Positions 61,862 to 64,000 of a stretch of DNA of 64,000 bases are shown piece by piece. The position numbers and the translations under genes are program-made. Location: NCBI GenBank assembly GCA_043803405.1, contig JAZDKB010000004.1, positions 128,001 to 192,000 of the forward strand. The letters are read 5' to 3'. Under the pieces are notes generated by a model. It worked only from the letters and a program-made list of their open reading frames with translations, was not told the origin of the DNA and searched no databases. Source of the stretch: Spirochaetota bacterium (GTDB lineage: Bacteria; Spirochaetota; UBA4802; JAFGDQ01). Every line of letters begins with the position of its first letter. Within the stretch, counting starts at the first letter, position 1.

Positions 61862-62764
61862 ATGGATTATTTTTTTGAAATATTTTTGGGAGGAATGATA
61901 AGAGGGAGCATATACGCGCTCATTGCTCTCGGTTATACCATGGTTTACGGAATAATCGAGCTTATCAACTTTGCCCACGGCGAGATATACATGATAGGCG
62001 CTTTTACTGCCCTTATCGCCGCAAGCGTTTTTGGCCTGTTGGGCTTCAGCGCTCCTGTCATATTTATCCTTGCCCTTGTGCTTGCGGTTATATATTCATG
62101 CTGCTACGGTTTTACTATGGAGAAGATCGCATACAAGCCGCTTCGGTCTGCACCCAGGCTATCGCCGCTTATAAGCGCGATCGGGATGTCCCTATTTCTT
62201 CAGAATTACGTTCTGCTCGCGCAGACGTCCGATTTTCTCCCGTTCCCAAAGCTGATCCCCGACCTCGAATTTATGGAGCCCTATGCACACATTATTACTA
62301 CTCAGGGAGCGGCCATCCTTGTTGCTACTGCGGTAGTGATGATATTGCTTAGTGTTCTTATCAAGTTTACTAAGATAGGCAAAGCAATGCGGGCCGCTTC
62401 GCAGGACAAGATTATGGCTTCGCTATCCGGTGTTAATGTAAACCGCGTTATATCAATAACGTTTATTATAGGCTCAGCTGCTGCGGCAATTGGCGGGCTG
62501 TTTATTGCTTCACATATAGGAATGATTAATTTTTATATAGGGTTTATCGCGGGGATAAAAGCTTTTGTAGCTGCCGTGCTGGGCGGAATCGGCAGCATCC
62601 CGGGCGCTGTTCTGGGCAGTTTTATTCTCGGATGGACCGAGAGTTTTGCGACAGGTTATGTTTCCAGCGATTACGAGGATGTGTTTGCTTTTCTTTTATT
62701 GGTGCTTATCCTGATTTTCAGGCCGGCGGGCATTCTGGGCAGAAAAGAACACAAGAAAGTGTAG
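61862..62764 (+). CDS. livH: Branched-chain amino acid ABC permease
   Basis: YALIALGYTMVYG, NFAHGE, KAFVAAVLGGIG. Confidence 0.95.
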   Translation: MDYFFEIFLGGMIRGSIYALIALGYTMVYGIIELINFAHGEIYMIGAFTALIAASVFGLLGFSAPVIFILALVLAVIYSCCYGFTMEKIAYKPLRSAPRLSPLISAIGMSLFLQNYVLLAQTSDFLPFPKLIPDLEFMEPYAHIITTQGAAILVATAVVMILLSVLIKFTKIGKAMRAASQDKIMASLSGVNVNRVISITFIIGSAAAAIGGLFIASHIGMINFYIGFIAGIKAFVAAVLGGIGSIPGAVLGSFILGWTESFATGYVSSDYEDVFAFLLLVLILIFRPAGILGRKEHKKV

Positions 62765-62779
62765 GGATTTATTTTTACT

Positions 62780-63988
62780 ATGTTAAATATTTCAGAAATA
62801 AAAAAGTCTTTGCTGGCATCTCTCTGGTTTGTTTTCCTTACGTTTCCCATTATGGTAGTTCGCGTTAGCACTGTGGAAAAAACAGTGGAATGGCGCTGGC
62901 ACAATATGATCATTATCGCAGTATCCGCTTTTATATTATCTTTCGTATGGCGATATATGCTGAAACGAAAAGAGTCAAAAGTAAAAAAGGAAGATGTCGC
63001 AGCAGGTATTAAACCGTCTTTTATAATGCAGCTTTTTGCGAATAAAAAATTCAGCATTCCGGGCTTAGTATTTCTTTGCGTCTTTGCGGTTATATTTCCT
63101 AATATCTTTTCAACATACCAGACTAATATTATGATATCGGCTCTTATTTATATTATGCTCGGCCTGGGGCTTAATATTGTTGTCGGGATGGCCGGACTAC
63201 TGGTGCTGGGCTATGCCGCGTTTTTTGCGGCAGGCGCTTATGCATACGCGCTCCTCAATTTTCATTACGGATTAGGCTTCTGGGCTGTTCTTCCTGTGGG
63301 AGCCGGGCTGGGTGCTCTGTTCGGCATTCTTCTTGGATTACCTGTGCTGAGGCTCCGGGGGGATTATCTTGCAATTGTCACTCTTGCTTTCGGAGAGATC
63401 ATCCGGATAATACTTGAGAACTGGAATGAGTTTTCATTCGGGCCGAGCGGAATATCCAATATAGCGAGGCCTTCACTTTTCGGCATATCCATGCCGGTCA
63501 GCGCATCTACAGTATATATCTATTACATTATGATTGTCCTTTGCCTGATTACGGTCGTTGTGGTCAGAAGGCTGCGTGACTCGCGGATAGGACGCGCATG
63601 GATGGCTCTGCGCGAGGACGAGATCGCCTGCCAGGCAATGGGCATAGACAAGACGAAAACAAAGCTTTCCGCGTTCGCGCTCGGTTCCACATGGGCAGGC
63701 ATGGCAGGCGTTGTGTTCGCTGCAAAGACTACATTCGTGAACCCGGCGAGCTTCACTATATGGGAGTCGATCATTATACTTTGTATAGTTGTACTCGGAG
63801 GCATGGGCTCGGTCGTTGGTGTAATTTTGGGCGCGCTAGTTTTAATACTGGTGCCCGAGTATCTGAGGGCATTCTCGGAGTACAGGATGCTTGTTTTCGG
63901 GCTTATGCTTGTACTTATGATGGTCTTCCGGCCTAACGGCATTATCGGCAGCGTAAGGCGCGTTTATCATTTTAACAGACAATTATAA
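62780..63988 (+). CDS. livM: Branched-chain amino acid ABC permease
   Basis: GLNIVVG, LRLRGDYLAIVTLAFGE, ALREDE. Confidence 0.95.
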   Translation: MLNISEIKKSLLASLWFVFLTFPIMVVRVSTVEKTVEWRWHNMIIIAVSAFILSFVWRYMLKRKESKVKKEDVAAGIKPSFIMQLFANKKFSIPGLVFLCVFAVIFPNIFSTYQTNIMISALIYIMLGLGLNIVVGMAGLLVLGYAAFFAAGAYAYALLNFHYGLGFWAVLPVGAGLGALFGILLGLPVLRLRGDYLAIVTLAFGEIIRIILENWNEFSFGPSGISNIARPSLFGISMPVSASTVYIYYIMIVLCLITVVVVRRLRDSRIGRAWMALREDEIACQAMGIDKTKTKLSAFALGSTWAGMAGVVFAAKTTFVNPASFTIWESIIILCIVVLGGMGSVVGVILGALVLILVPEYLRAFSEYRMLVFGLMLVLMMVFRPNGIIGSVRRVYHFNRQL

Positions 63989-64000
63989 ACACAGCTATTT

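Overview
A gene-dense, AT-rich bacterial chromosomal segment made mostly of housekeeping, envelope and signalling genes. It is most likely from a Spirochaetota genome. This is inferred from a FlcA-like TPR protein, a Maf-type flagellin glycosyltransferase, a stand-alone XPB-type C-terminal-domain protein and several anaerobe-type genes. Contents include class III FBPase, two acyl-CoA dehydrogenases, etfBA, a GNAT/acyl-CoA-synthetase (Pat-type) fusion, a yidD-TPR/TM2-queE-radical SAM cluster, a GH57 branching enzyme, trpBA, argC flanked by two toxin-antitoxin pairs, icd, tRNA-Lys(CTT), lepB-ftsI-maf, a soluble phosphorelay cluster, lgt, panB, a non-canonical ychF, guaB and livKHM. I see no CRISPR array, integrase, transposase or prophage. 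The most unusual signal is non-coding. Two ~200-230 nt rod-like elements (about 50037-50263 and 60385-60583) share the core AAAATTTyyTGCGGAA...GTCCTCrAAAATTTT, but their perfect 26-27 bp inverted arms are otherwise unrelated in sequence, which suggests a structured RNA or MITE family. Several other palindromic elements and apparent pseudo-enzymes also occur. All protein calls come from motif recognition by eye, not from database searches.
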